Below, in pieces: positions 38,238-47,496 of a DNA stretch of 63,701 nucleotides. The stretch is from Haloarculaceae archaeon (GTDB taxonomy: Archaea > Halobacteriota > Halobacteria > Halobacteriales > Haloarculaceae), in contig JAZKRZ010000001.1 of the NCBI GenBank assembly GCA_036626395.1, positions 1 to 63,701 on the forward strand. Reading direction: 5' to 3'. Below the pieces are notes generated by a model, which did no database searches, was not told the origin of the DNA, and saw only the letters and a list, made by a program, of their open reading frames with translations. The first letter of the stretch is position 1. The number at the start of each line of letters is the position of its first letter. A program made the position numbers and the translations under genes.

Positions 38238-39080
38238 TCAGGGCTCGAACGATTCGAGGAACCGGTCGACGGGGGTCGCACGCTCCCAGTAGTACTCGTA
38301 GAGGTCCCGGCCCCAGGCGAGGGCGCGCTCGTCCGTGGCCAACACTTCGGTCCGCGAGTCGTACTGGCCGTCGATAGTGGGCAACGAGAACAGCAGGTGG
38401 TCCTCGGTGACGCCGACGCCGACGTCGACGTCAAGCAACCTGACCGTCGTCTCCTCGAAGACGCGCGCCTCTTCGAGCGAGCCGACTCGCTCCAGGGACT
38501 CCCTGAGAACGGTGGTGTCGATGACCAGGCGAGCCCCCTCGGTATCGGGCATGACGGTCTCGTACTCGGCCTGGTAGATCGGCGTCACGACGTCGACGCG
38601 CTCTTCGGCGGCCTCGATGCGGCGAGAGACCTCGCGAACCCCGGCGTGTGGGTCCGTGTCCGGAGCCCTGAACACCTCCGCCCCCGCGAGTTCCGTCAGT
38701 CGGAGTCTGAACCGTCGGGGCAGCGCTCCCACGTCGTGGGTCTCCCAGTAGTCGTCTTCGAGCAGGCGCGAGAGGTTCTCCTGCTGTTCGAGCAGGTCCG
38801 CCACCAGCTGTCCGCTCCCCGTGACCTCGTGACGAGCGTCGACCGTCCGGACGAGTCCACGCCGTTCCAGGTCACCTACCGCGTTGTAGATGGCGGACTC
38901 GCTCGCGTCTATCGTCTCGATGAGCCGTTCGGTCGCGCTCGCTTTCGACGCCACGCTGACCAGAACGTCGGTCCGCACCGACGAGCTGAGCACGCCCCGA
39001 AAGACGGAACTACCCGTCACGGAACCATCCCCTGTCGCGTCCCCCGGGCTCGAGTTCGACCCATCATTATCGGATTCCAT
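38238..39080 (-). CDS. Winged-helix transcriptional regulator with a DUF1724/FilR1-like C-terminal domain
   Basis: ArsR-like wHTH (ERLIETIDASESAIYNAVGDLERRGLV) plus a long C-terminal domain. ATG at 39078-80 preferred over the GTG at 39095. Confidence 0.7.
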   Translation of the reverse strand: MESDNDGSNSSPGDATGDGSVTGSSVFRGVLSSSVRTDVLVSVASKASATERLIETIDASESAIYNAVGDLERRGLVRTVDARHEVTGSGQLVADLLEQQENLSRLLEDDYWETHDVGALPRRFRLRLTELAGAEVFRAPDTDPHAGVREVSRRIEAAEERVDVVTPIYQAEYETVMPDTEGARLVIDTTVLRESLERVGSLEEARVFEETTVRLLDVDVGVGVTEDHLLFSLPTIDGQYDSRTEVLATDERALAWGRDLYEYYWERATPVDRFLESFEP

Positions 39081-39298
39081 ATGTAATGGATACACTTCGC
39101 TCTTCCGGAACGTTTCGGCGACCGTGGAATTACTGTGAGACTGAAAGTTCAGGTTTTATTTCGGTGAAGCACCGAGCATCCGGTGCGGTCCGAAACGGGA
39201 TGCCGAGGTTCCCCGCTGGCGACGTCGACCGGGCGACACGCGTCCCACCGGCGACACCAGCGACGACAGGTCCGACGGAGCGGGGCGAGTGGGCCCCG

Positions 39299-40354
39299 TT
39301 ACCGTTCCTCGGACCGGTTCGCGCGGTCGATACGGATGTCGAGCGCCTCGATGTCCTCGTAGGCTGCTACCTGTCCACCGACGGTCACGCGACTGGTCTC
39401 CGTCTCGACGACGAACGACGCCTCCTCGCGGGCCGGACTCTCGGTCACCTCGACCACCTGTCCCTCGATGGTTCGCCGCTCCCCGCTGACGACGTCACGT
39501 CCCTCGATGTGTGCGACGAACTCGCCGTCGATGTCGGCCAGGTCCGCGACCGCCCGCCGGATCGTCCCGTAGCGGCGAGGGAAGGTGAGCGACCCGTTCT
39601 CGGCCGTGATCGTGTCCGCCGTCGACCACAGTACCAGGTTCAGGTACATCGAGACCATGAATCCCAGTTCCGAGCGGTCGAAGATGACGCCGTAGCGGTC
39701 GTTGTCGTCGCGAAGGCTCTCGCGGGTGGCGTACAGCGAGTAGCGACCGTCGGCGACGGCCGCGACCGGCGTCGTCACGCCTCTGCGTCCCCGGACGCGG
39801 TTTGCCACCGCGCGGTAGTCGTACTCGTCGTCGGCGGGCGCTTCGGCGGCCGGCGAGATCAGTATCTCCGTCGCGACACCCTCCTCGCGTTTCTCGCGCA
39901 ACCGGTCCTCGTAGCGGGCCACGAGATCCGGCGTCAGCGAGAGCATGAGTTCGTACTCGGCGGTGTCGATAATGTCGGAGAGATACCTGAGGATCGTCGG
40001 GCGGGACTTGACGAGCGAGACCGTCTCGACGTTTCGAGCGGGCTGGGTGTAGGTCCGCGAGAGGTTCGTGACGAGGTCCTCGAGCGACGCCGTCAGGTCG
40101 CCGAACGCCTCCTCGGGGTCTATCGCCAGCACCTTCATCGGACGCGACTCCTGGAGCTCCACGAGGCCGATGTCGTTCAGACTCCGGACCGTGTCGTAGA
40201 CGCGTGGCTGTGGGATGTCCGTCCGCTCGGAGAGTTCCGAGGCCGTCAGCTCCCCGTGTTCGAGGATCGTCAGGTACGCCGTCGCCTCGTACTCCCCGAA
40301 ATCGAACTGCCGGGAGATCGACTCGAGCGAGTCCAGAAGGTCGTCGTCGGCCAT
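39299..40354 (-). CDS. TrmB-family transcriptional regulator (with sugar-binding-type C-domain)
   Basis: N-terminal FGEYEATAYLTILEHGELTASELSERTDIPQPRVYDTVRSL is the TrmB HTH signature; 351 aa. Confidence 0.85.
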   Translation of the reverse strand: MADDDLLDSLESISRQFDFGEYEATAYLTILEHGELTASELSERTDIPQPRVYDTVRSLNDIGLVELQESRPMKVLAIDPEEAFGDLTASLEDLVTNLSRTYTQPARNVETVSLVKSRPTILRYLSDIIDTAEYELMLSLTPDLVARYEDRLREKREEGVATEILISPAAEAPADDEYDYRAVANRVRGRRGVTTPVAAVADGRYSLYATRESLRDDNDRYGVIFDRSELGFMVSMYLNLVLWSTADTITAENGSLTFPRRYGTIRRAVADLADIDGEFVAHIEGRDVVSGERRTIEGQVVEVTESPAREEASFVVETETSRVTVGGQVAAYEDIEALDIRIDRANRSEER

Positions 40355-40533
40355 CTTATCCCCCTATTCCGGGACCGACCAAATCAGTCTGTCCTTTCCG
40401 GGCAACGTCGCCAGCGCCCTCGATCGACCGGTTTTCATCCGTTCCGGGCCGACTGCTCTCCCCGTTGTGCGGCTCCCGACCATGCCGTCCGTGCCGGCCT
40501 CATGCCCCGCATCCGCGAGGGCGTCCTCGACGG

Positions 40534-41601
40534 TCAGTCCTCGAGTGTCACAGCGCTCCCGGTCTCGTCGGCCTCGTAGATGGCCTCCAGCACCCGCTGG
40601 ACGGTCAGACCCTGCTCGACGGTGTTGCGCGCCGGTTCGGTCCCCCCGGCGACGTGTTCGACGAAGTACGCCTGTTCGGCGGCGTGAGCGTCGCGGTCCG
40701 CCGTCTCGATGGCCGCGTCGGACATGTGCCCGCCGCCTTTCGGGTCAGTCTCGTGAACGGTCAACTCGCCCGCACCCCGGTCGAACGTCGCGCCGGCCTC
40801 GGTCCCGCGGAGGACGTACTCCTGTTCGGGAGGGCGGTTCGCCGCCCACGCCACCTCCAGGGAGACGGTCTTGCCGTCCGCACACCGCAGGAACGCCGAT
40901 GCGGAGTCCTCGACGTCGAAACCCGCCGGGCCCTGGTCGTCGCCCCACATCTGGAGGTACGTGTAGTCCTCGCGGTCGCCGAACTGCGAGCGGGTCACGC
41001 CCGTCACTTCCTCGACGTCGGGGTACCCCAGCAGGTACAGCGAGAGGTCCACCGCGTGGACGCCGATGTCGATGAGCGCGCCGCCGCCGGCGACCTCCCT
41101 GCTCGTGAACCACGAGCCCCGCCCGGGGACGCCGCGCCGGCGGAGGAAATCCGCCTCGACGTGGCTCAACTCGCCGAACCGGCCCGCGTCGACGTAGTCG
41201 GTCACGACCTCGACGTCGCTCTCGAACCGGGTGTGAAACCCCACCATACAGAACCCATCGGCGTCGCTGGCGGCCGCCGCGATACGTGCGGCGGACGCCA
41301 CGTCGTTGGCCAGCGGTTTCTCGACGAGGACGTCCAGGCCCGCCTCGAGTGCGTCCACGACCGGTCCCTCGTGAAAGCGGTTGGGGGTCGTGACGATGAC
41401 CGCGTCGGCCACGTCGTACAGCCCCGCGTGGTCCTCGTACGTCGACACGCCGAACTCACTTGCGAAAGCCTCGCGTGCCGCCTGGGCGATGTCCGCGCCG
41501 CCCGCCAGCGGGACGTCCTGCTCGCGCAATAGCCGGGCGTGGCGACGCCCGATGTTTCCACAGCCGACGATACCGATCTCCGGTCGGGTCGCTGCACTCA
41601 T
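40534..41601 (-). CDS. Gfo/Idh/MocA-family oxidoreductase
   Basis: IGIVGCGNIGRRH Rossmann motif and the EKP motif (VEKPLA). Trimmed from the 742-aa track ORF. Confidence 0.85.
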   Translation of the reverse strand: MSAATRPEIGIVGCGNIGRRHARLLREQDVPLAGGADIAQAAREAFASEFGVSTYEDHAGLYDVADAVIVTTPNRFHEGPVVDALEAGLDVLVEKPLANDVASAARIAAAASDADGFCMVGFHTRFESDVEVVTDYVDAGRFGELSHVEADFLRRRGVPGRGSWFTSREVAGGGALIDIGVHAVDLSLYLLGYPDVEEVTGVTRSQFGDREDYTYLQMWGDDQGPAGFDVEDSASAFLRCADGKTVSLEVAWAANRPPEQEYVLRGTEAGATFDRGAGELTVHETDPKGGGHMSDAAIETADRDAHAAEQAYFVEHVAGGTEPARNTVEQGLTVQRVLEAIYEADETGSAVTLED

Positions 41602-41757
41602 GTCCTCTGATATCCGACTGCGCCCACAGATGCGTGTTTCGGATCCGCTCCGGGCCGGGCGGTCCCCGAAGCCGACCCCGTCTCCCTCGGGTGGTTGGGC
41701 GACTGGCAGACCGACCACTCCGATGGCATAATGATCCCCCGGGTCGAACAGGGGGGT

Positions 41758-42399
41758 ATGAAGAACATCGACGACCTGATCGACAGCGCGGCCGAACTGG
41801 CGGAGGGCGGCCTCTCGAAGGGGGAAATCGCCGACGAACTCAACGTCTCCAAGGAGACGGCCTCGTGGCTCGTCGAACGGGCGGGCGCCGAGGCAGTCGA
41901 GACCGGCGCGACCGGCGACGGCACGAGCGGTCTCGACGACATCCACGTCGACTGGTCGACCATCGGGCGCGACAGCGCTCGCCTCAACCACGTCAGCGCC
42001 GCCGTCGCGGACCTCCTCTCCAAACAGGGCGAGGACGTCGACCTCACTATCGGTATCGAGAAGGCCGGCGCGCCGCTGGCGACGTGCGTCGCCCGCGAAC
42101 TCGACACCGACCTCGGGACGTACGCGCCCAGCAAACACCAGTGGGACGACAGCGACGACGAGGAACTCTCGGGGTCGTTCTCCCGGAACTTCGCCGAGAT
42201 CCGCGGCCGCGACTGTTACGTCGTCGACGACACGATCACCAGCGGGACGACGATGTCGGAGTCTATCACTGCGGTCCGCGAGCGGGGCGGCAACCCCGTC
42301 GCGTGTGCCGTGTTGACCGACAAGCGCGGCGTCGAGAGTCTCGACGGCGTGCCGGTCTACTCGCTGGTGCAGGTGCTCCACGTCGGCCAGGACCAGTGA
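41758..42399 (+). CDS. gfcR: Orotate-phosphoribosyltransferase-like regulator (HTH plus PRTase domain; GfcR-like)
   Basis: N-terminal HTH (LSKGEIADELNVSKETASWLVER) fused to a PRTase domain (CYVVDDTITSGTTM). This is the architecture described for Haloferax GfcR. Confidence 0.7.
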   Translation: MKNIDDLIDSAAELAEGGLSKGEIADELNVSKETASWLVERAGAEAVETGATGDGTSGLDDIHVDWSTIGRDSARLNHVSAAVADLLSKQGEDVDLTIGIEKAGAPLATCVARELDTDLGTYAPSKHQWDDSDDEELSGSFSRNFAEIRGRDCYVVDDTITSGTTMSESITAVRERGGNPVACAVLTDKRGVESLDGVPVYSLVQVLHVGQDQ

Positions 42400-42451
42400 C
42401 GGCGAGGACGATGCCGTCGAAACGAGTGCACGCATTCGAGGAGCGCCACTC

Positions 42452-43405
42452 GTGACTCGCGAGGTCCTGGTCGCCGGGGAGACGCTGGTCGATTTCATTC
42501 CCGACAGCCCGACGCCGCTGACGGACGCGGAGGGTTTCGAGCGCCACCCGGGCGGTGCGCCGGCCAACGTCGCCGTCCGCCTGGCCCAGCTCGACGCCGA
42601 CCCGTGGTTCTGGACGCGTGTCGGCGAGGACCCGTTCGGGGAGTTCCTCGCCGGGACCCTCGCCGAGAGGGGCGTCCCCGACAGGTTCGTCGAGCGCGAC
42701 CCGGAGGCCAAGACGACGCTCGCGTTCGTCAGCGGCGACGACACGGCCGCCACCCGGTTCACGTTCTACCGGGACGGGACCGCCGACACCCGGCTCGAAC
42801 CGGGACGCGTCCCCGACGAGGTCATGGAGACCGTCGAGTGGGTCGTCGTCGGGGGCGTCCTCCTGGCGAGCGACCCGTCGCGGACGGCCGTGTTCGACCT
42901 CGTCGAGCGAGCCTGCGCACACGACTGTACGGTGGTTTTCGACCCGAACGCGCGCCCGGAACTCCGGCCCGACGCCGACTTCGAGACGCAGGTGCGACGG
43001 CTCCTCGCGGACGTCGACGTCGTCAAGACGACGCCCGAGGACCTCGCGCCGGCCGGGTTCTCCACTGACCCCGACACCCTCGCGGACGAACTCCACGGGC
43101 TGGGCGTCCACACGGTGTTCAGAACCGAGGGTGCCGCCGGGTCGACCGCCTCGGCCACCCTCGAGGCTCCCTGGGGACCGGCCCGCGCCTCTCACGGGGG
43201 GTACGAGGTCGACGTCGTCGACACGACCGGCGCGGGCGACGCGTTCACCGCGGGCGTCGTCGACGCGCTGGCCGACGGGGAACACGACCTGGGGGCAGTG
43301 CTGGCACACTCGAACGCCGTGGCAGCGGCCTCGACCACCCGGCCCGGCGGAATGTCGGAACTGCCCGACCCCGAAGCGCTACGAGAAGAGAGCACAGACC
43401 GGTAG
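42452..43405 (+). CDS. PfkB-family carbohydrate kinase (KDG kinase / fructokinase-like)
   Basis: GGAPANVA motif and C-terminal DTTGAGDAF motif. GTG start. Confidence 0.8.
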   Translation: MTREVLVAGETLVDFIPDSPTPLTDAEGFERHPGGAPANVAVRLAQLDADPWFWTRVGEDPFGEFLAGTLAERGVPDRFVERDPEAKTTLAFVSGDDTAATRFTFYRDGTADTRLEPGRVPDEVMETVEWVVVGGVLLASDPSRTAVFDLVERACAHDCTVVFDPNARPELRPDADFETQVRRLLADVDVVKTTPEDLAPAGFSTDPDTLADELHGLGVHTVFRTEGAAGSTASATLEAPWGPARASHGGYEVDVVDTTGAGDAFTAGVVDALADGEHDLGAVLAHSNAVAAASTTRPGGMSELPDPEALREESTDR

Positions 43406-43420
43406 CCCACCCACGTCGGG

Positions 43421-43855
43421 TCAGCGCTCGACGTCCGTCCAGGTGTCCGAAGAGATCGACGCGTCGGACGCGTCGGACTCCGAGAGGGTCAGCCCGCGGT
43501 CGTCCCAGCTAGCGACGAGGTCCGGACGGTCGACCGTTTCGCCGGAGTCTCGCGGGTCGTCCTCCGGGCCGTCGGCCCACGTCAGTGACCGCTCGGCGGA
43601 CCGCGCGTCGAGCGCCGTGGTGGAACTACCGTCGCCGTCCAGTTCCAGCGGGTCCCCGCTGCTGCGTCTGTCGCCCGTTTCGACCGTCGCTTCCCGGGAG
43701 TCCGCCCGTCCCGACAGCGCGGCGAAGACGCGCCCGATAGCTCCCCTGACTCGCCCGAGGAACCCCGTGTGCTCGTCGCTGCTGTCGCCGGTCGGCCTCC
43801 CGCCCTCTCGTGGCTCTCCCTCCGACTCGTCGAGCGGGGTGAGGCTCATACTCAA
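43421..43855 (-). CDS. Acidic hypothetical protein (144 aa)
   Basis: Acidic, Ser/Asp-rich ORF with no domain recognised. Confidence 0.5.
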   Translation of the reverse strand: MSMSLTPLDESEGEPREGGRPTGDSSDEHTGFLGRVRGAIGRVFAALSGRADSREATVETGDRRSSGDPLELDGDGSSTTALDARSAERSLTWADGPEDDPRDSGETVDRPDLVASWDDRGLTLSESDASDASISSDTWTDVER

Positions 43856-43967
43856 AGGTGAGGAACGGACGTACTAAACCATTGTGCCAAGCTATCTCAC
43901 AGTCGAGGTGCCCGGCCGTCTCGGAGAGAGTACTGCCGGCTGTGCCCGCGGCCGGCGGGTCTGCTCG

Positions 43968-44771
43968 CTACAGTTCGATGCGCTCGACGATGTTGTCCGT
44001 CTCGCCCTCGATGTTCACCGCGACGATGCGGACGTGGTCTTCCAGTCCCGAGCCTCTGAGTTTCGCCTGGAGCAGTTCGTCCACCTGGTAGACGCCGGCG
44101 GCGTTGCGCATGCAGATCTCGACCATGACGGCCTTCCCGTCGCCGGATTTCAGGTCCACGGATTCGATGGCCTGGCTCGACACCGTGTTGATCCCGCGCC
44201 GTCCCGTCTCGTAGGGGATCCGCGAGCGGCCACGCTCCATGTCGAGGCCGTCGGCCAGTCGGACGACGCCCGCTTCGGTCGTCAGTGGCTCTTCCTCGGT
44301 GTGGTGACAGAGGATGGCGTGGAGCGTCTCGGCCTTGACGCGGACCGCGCTTTCGGTGTCGTAGAACTCGGGGAGTACGCGGTCCATGATGTCGGCCGCG
44401 AGCGGGATCGAATAGTAGGGGTGGTCGTGGCGGTGGACGACGTGCCCGATGTCGTGGAGCGTCGCGGCCAGGCAGATCACGACGGCCTCGTCGGCCTCCT
44501 CGAGGCCCTGGTCGGCCGCACCCTCGAACGTCACGTCGTCGTCTTTGAGGAGTTCGTAGAGTCGCAGCGCCCGCTCGCGGACGATGCTGACGTGTTTGGC
44601 GCCGTGGTCGTTGTACCCCATGCGGTCGACGGGATTGACGTTCTGTGCCCGGAGGTAGGTCTGCACTTCGGCGTCGGACTGGAGGAACTCGAGCACGCGG
44701 TTGAGCCGCCTGTCGGGAAAGGCGTGGTCCGCCGCGGGGTCGTACCCCTCGGTCTCGCTCATATCCTGCAT
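43968..44771 (-). CDS. HD-domain phosphohydrolase
   Basis: H...HD motif (ATLHDIGHVVHRHDH). Confidence 0.8.
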   Translation of the reverse strand: MQDMSETEGYDPAADHAFPDRRLNRVLEFLQSDAEVQTYLRAQNVNPVDRMGYNDHGAKHVSIVRERALRLYELLKDDDVTFEGAADQGLEEADEAVVICLAATLHDIGHVVHRHDHPYYSIPLAADIMDRVLPEFYDTESAVRVKAETLHAILCHHTEEEPLTTEAGVVRLADGLDMERGRSRIPYETGRRGINTVSSQAIESVDLKSGDGKAVMVEICMRNAAGVYQVDELLQAKLRGSGLEDHVRIVAVNIEGETDNIVERIEL

Positions 44772-44829
44772 CGACGGGAAGCACCAGCAAAAACGTCCGG
44801 GTCGCTGGCGCCGTCTTCACACGGCCGGC

Positions 44830-45309
44830 TCAATCGGCCAGGTCCGCGACCGCGTCGAGCACCTCGTCGTAGTCGGGTTCGATCCCGGCGTCCTCGGTGA
44901 CCCAGGCGTAGCGGACGACCCGGTCGGCGTCGACGACGAGGACCGCCCGCTGTGCGAGGTCTTCCACCCCCATCGAGAGGAAGTCGGTCCGCAGGTCGTA
45001 TGCGTCGACGACCCGCCGGTTCGTGTCGCTGATCAGGCCGAACGAGAGCGCCCCCTGGGTACGGAACTCCTGGAGAGCCCACGGCAGGTCCACGCTGACG
45101 CCGTAGAGGGTCGCGCCCAGGTCCTCGAACTCGTCGATCCGGTCCTCGAAAGCCGCCATCTCGCTGGTGCAGGTACCCGAGAACGCACCCGGGAAGAAGG
45201 CGAGGACGAGCGGTGCCTCCTCTACGCGTTCGGAGAGCGTGAACTCGGAGATGTCCCCGAGCGCCAGCGGTGCAGTGAAATCGGGCGCGGTGTCGTCGAC
45301 TGAAACCAT
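44830..45309 (-). CDS. Peroxiredoxin (AhpC/TSA, Bcp-like)
   Basis: FFPGAFSGTCTSE peroxidatic-Cys motif. Trimmed to the ATG at 45307-09. Confidence 0.85.
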   Translation of the reverse strand: MVSVDDTAPDFTAPLALGDISEFTLSERVEEAPLVLAFFPGAFSGTCTSEMAAFEDRIDEFEDLGATLYGVSVDLPWALQEFRTQGALSFGLISDTNRRVVDAYDLRTDFLSMGVEDLAQRAVLVVDADRVVRYAWVTEDAGIEPDYDEVLDAVADLAD

Positions 45310-45516
45310 GTCAGTCGCTATCCTGTGTGGATGTAAGGGAGTTGTGCAACCGGCGAGGGCGGGAGTCTTTCGGGTCGCCCACGAGCGAGGGATGGACGGA
45401 TCCCGACTGGCGCAAAACCTATGACAGAGCCCGGAAATCGGGCGCAATGTTGCGATTCTCGGCTGACTACGGGAGCCAAAAAGGTTATAATTGGCACCGA
45501 GTAACCTCCGGTAGCG

Positions 45517-45831
45517 ATGTACCAGACACTTCCCGTGCTGTTCCCGGGCGGGATTCCGGGTGGACCCGAGCTGATCGTCATCCTGCTGATCGCCGTGTTG
45601 CTGTTCGGCGCGAACAAGATCCCCAAACTCGCCAGGTCGACCGGCCAGGCGATGGGCGAGTTCCAGAAGGGCCGCCAGCAGGTCGAACAGGAACTGGAGG
45701 AACTGCAGGAGGGCCAGTCGCTCAACGACGACGGCGACATCGTCGACGAGGACGGTAACGTCGTCGAGTCCAACGCGGTGGACACGAGCGAGACCAGCAC
45801 CGAGACGACCAGCAGCTCGACGAGCGAGTAA
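45517..45831 (+). CDS. tatA: Twin-arginine translocase subunit TatA/E
   Basis: GGPELIVILLIAVLLFGANKIPKLARSTGQAMGEFQKG is the TatA TM/hinge/amphipathic-helix signature. Confidence 0.85.
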   Translation: MYQTLPVLFPGGIPGGPELIVILLIAVLLFGANKIPKLARSTGQAMGEFQKGRQQVEQELEELQEGQSLNDDGDIVDEDGNVVESNAVDTSETSTETTSSSTSE

Positions 45832-45916
45832 CTCCGCTCCGGTTCTCCCGCTCTCTGTGTCCCCAGTTGCGGGTGTAGCGCAAGCGTTTTGCCCCACAGG
45901 TGATACGTTGCTGGCA

Positions 45917-45989
45917 GGGCGTGTGGCCTAGTGGACAGGGCGAGAGGTTCCTAACCTCTCGATCGCGGGTTCGAATCCCGCCACGCCCG
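45917..45989 (+). tRNA. tRNA-Arg (anticodon CCU), 73 nt, no encoded CCA
   Basis: Hand-folded cloverleaf. Acceptor stem GGGCGTG/CACGCCC; D arm GCCT-AGTGGACA-GGGC. Anticodon arm AGAGG-TTCCTAA-CCTCT; T arm GCGGG-TTCGAAT-CCCGC. Confidence 0.9.
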
Positions 45990-46153
45990 TTCTGCGCGGA
46001 GCGGACGCGACGAGCGAACGGGCACCGGAGATTCGAACCTCGCCACTCGGGGTATTCGTTGTCCCGGTTCCGGAGTGACTTGTCTGAATTCACTCGGTGG
46101 CAAAGCCCGGGTTCATCGATCCACACAAATGTGAACGAGACAAAACGACAGGT

Positions 46154-46366
46154 ATGGTCCGGGACAGGACGACCTACGAGTGTGCGCGCTGCGGGACGAC
46201 CTTTCGGGCGACGGCCAGCCACACCGAAATTGTCCGCCGGGATTTCGTGGAGATGCCCCGACCGTCGCGGATCGAACGGCTCTGTTCGGACTGCTGGGGC
46301 GACTACGTCGGCGAGTTCCTCGGCGAGGACTTCGAGGAGACGCTGTCGGGGTACGAATCGAGATGA
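46154..46366 (+). CDS. Small zinc-ribbon protein (70 aa)
   Basis: C-x2-C ... C-x2-C (CARC...CSDC). ATG at 46154 preferred over the GTG at 46097. Confidence 0.55.
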   Translation: MVRDRTTYECARCGTTFRATASHTEIVRRDFVEMPRPSRIERLCSDCWGDYVGEFLGEDFEETLSGYESR

Positions 46367-46720
46367 GGGGCGTCACGATCGAACCGGCCGACGAGACGTC
46401 TGTCGGGTACGTCGAACGACTGCTCGAGCGCACCGACCTCCCGACGGTCGGCGTGTCGAGCCACCCCGAGCGGTTCTACCTCGCCCGTCACGGCGACGCC
46501 CGGGTCGGGGTCGGCGGCCTGGAGTTATTCGCTGGAGCGGCGAGCGCGCGAGGCGGGGGTCGAGACGGTGTATCTCCTGACGACGACGGCCAGAGGGTTC
46601 TTCGAGAATCGCGACTACGAGACGGTCGGGCGCGAAACGGTGCCGGAAGCGGTCCACGAGACGACGGAGTTCGCGGGGGTCTGTCCGTCGACGGCGGTCG
46701 TGCTGGAAAAGTCCCTGTGA
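46363..46720 (+). pseudogene. GNAT-family N-acetyltransferase with an internal deletion and frameshift
   Basis: The N-terminal 50 aa or so (MRGVTIEPADETSVGYVERLL...VGVGGLEL) are in one frame. The C-terminal part (LERRAREAGVETVYLLTTTARGFFENRDYETVGRETVPEAVHETTEFAGVCPSTAVVLEKSL) is in another. The span is 358 nt, not a multiple of 3. The central acetyl-CoA-binding segment is missing. Confidence 0.6.
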
Positions 46721-46721
46721 C

Positions 46722-47000
46722 TCAGATCTTCTTCTCGGCGTCCTCGGCGAGTTCTTTCATGCGTTTGCCGACGCGGCCGGCGTCGGAGAACTCGTCTTCG
46801 CTCATCGCCGTCGCCAGCGCGTTACCGAGGACGAACACCGCGTGTTTGTGCTCGCTTTTGGACTTGTGGACGTCGTCGGGCGTGACGTCGAGCTCCTCGT
46901 AGGGGTCGAAAAGCGAGGAGTCGACGTCTTCGAGGTCGGCGAAATAGTCTTTTATTGTCACCATCTGCTGGTGGAGTTCGAGGAGTTCGTCCTTGTGCAT
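46722..47000 (-). CDS. UPF0058-family protein
   Basis: MHKDELLELHQQMVTIKDYF N-terminus typical of the UPF0058 family. Confidence 0.7.
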   Translation of the reverse strand: MHKDELLELHQQMVTIKDYFADLEDVDSSLFDPYEELDVTPDDVHKSKSEHKHAVFVLGNALATAMSEDEFSDAGRVGKRMKELAEDAEKKI

Positions 47001-47064
47001 GCGCGAGGCTATGCGAGACGCGTGTAAAAGAATTGTCCGTCAGAGCCTCACACGCGGGTGGACG

Positions 47065-47280
47065 TCAGAAGACGTACTCGTCGTCGTGACCCATCATGCC
47101 GTCGTCTTCGAACTCGGGCTCGTCGTCTTCCTCGACGTGGCCGCTCGTTTTGTAGGCTTTCAGCCCCGTGGAGAGCAGGTCTTCTATCGCCTCTTCCCGG
47201 TTGAGGAACTCCCCCTCCTCGACGAGTGTGGCGATCCGCATCTCGAGATGCTCCGGGACCGTTATCTCTACCTTTGGCAT
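47065..47280 (-). CDS. Ribbon-helix-helix (CopG-like) protein with an acidic tail
   Basis: MPKVEITVPEHLEMRIATLVEEGEFLNREEAIEDLL is an RHH fold signature. Confidence 0.7.
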   Translation of the reverse strand: MPKVEITVPEHLEMRIATLVEEGEFLNREEAIEDLLSTGLKAYKTSGHVEEDDEPEFEDDGMMGHDDEYVF

Positions 47281-47496
47281 CGGAACAGGCGTTCGTTCGG
47301 TGAGGGGGTATTTAACTCTGGCGGGGGGCCGTCTCGGCCTGCTGGCCCTGCTTCCGGCGGTTTGTGGACGTCGGGGCGCCGCTCGGTCGGTGCTCGTGAT
47401 TCGATACCTCCAGGGAGGGTGTGTCGTCGGTCGAGGCAGTCGTGCGCGCCGCGGAAGTAGTCAGGCTGAAAGGCACGGGGTCCCAAACCGCGAGAG

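Noticed and set aside
46021-46052. tRNA-like T-arm on the minus strand (…GGCGAGGTTCGAATCTCCGGTGCCCG…), 30 nt downstream of tRNA-Arg. It could be an att-site remnant or a second tRNA.
   Set aside because: The T-stem has a mismatch and a wobble pair. No matching 5' acceptor strand, D arm or anticodon arm can be found upstream. It is at best a decayed 3' tRNA fragment and cannot be supported as a feature.
46722-47280. RHH (CopG-like) gene followed by the small UPF0058 gene, considered as a possible toxin-antitoxin pair.
   Set aside because: UPF0058 is a widely conserved archaeal family that is not known as a toxin. The genes are 64 nt apart, and both look like conserved core genes.
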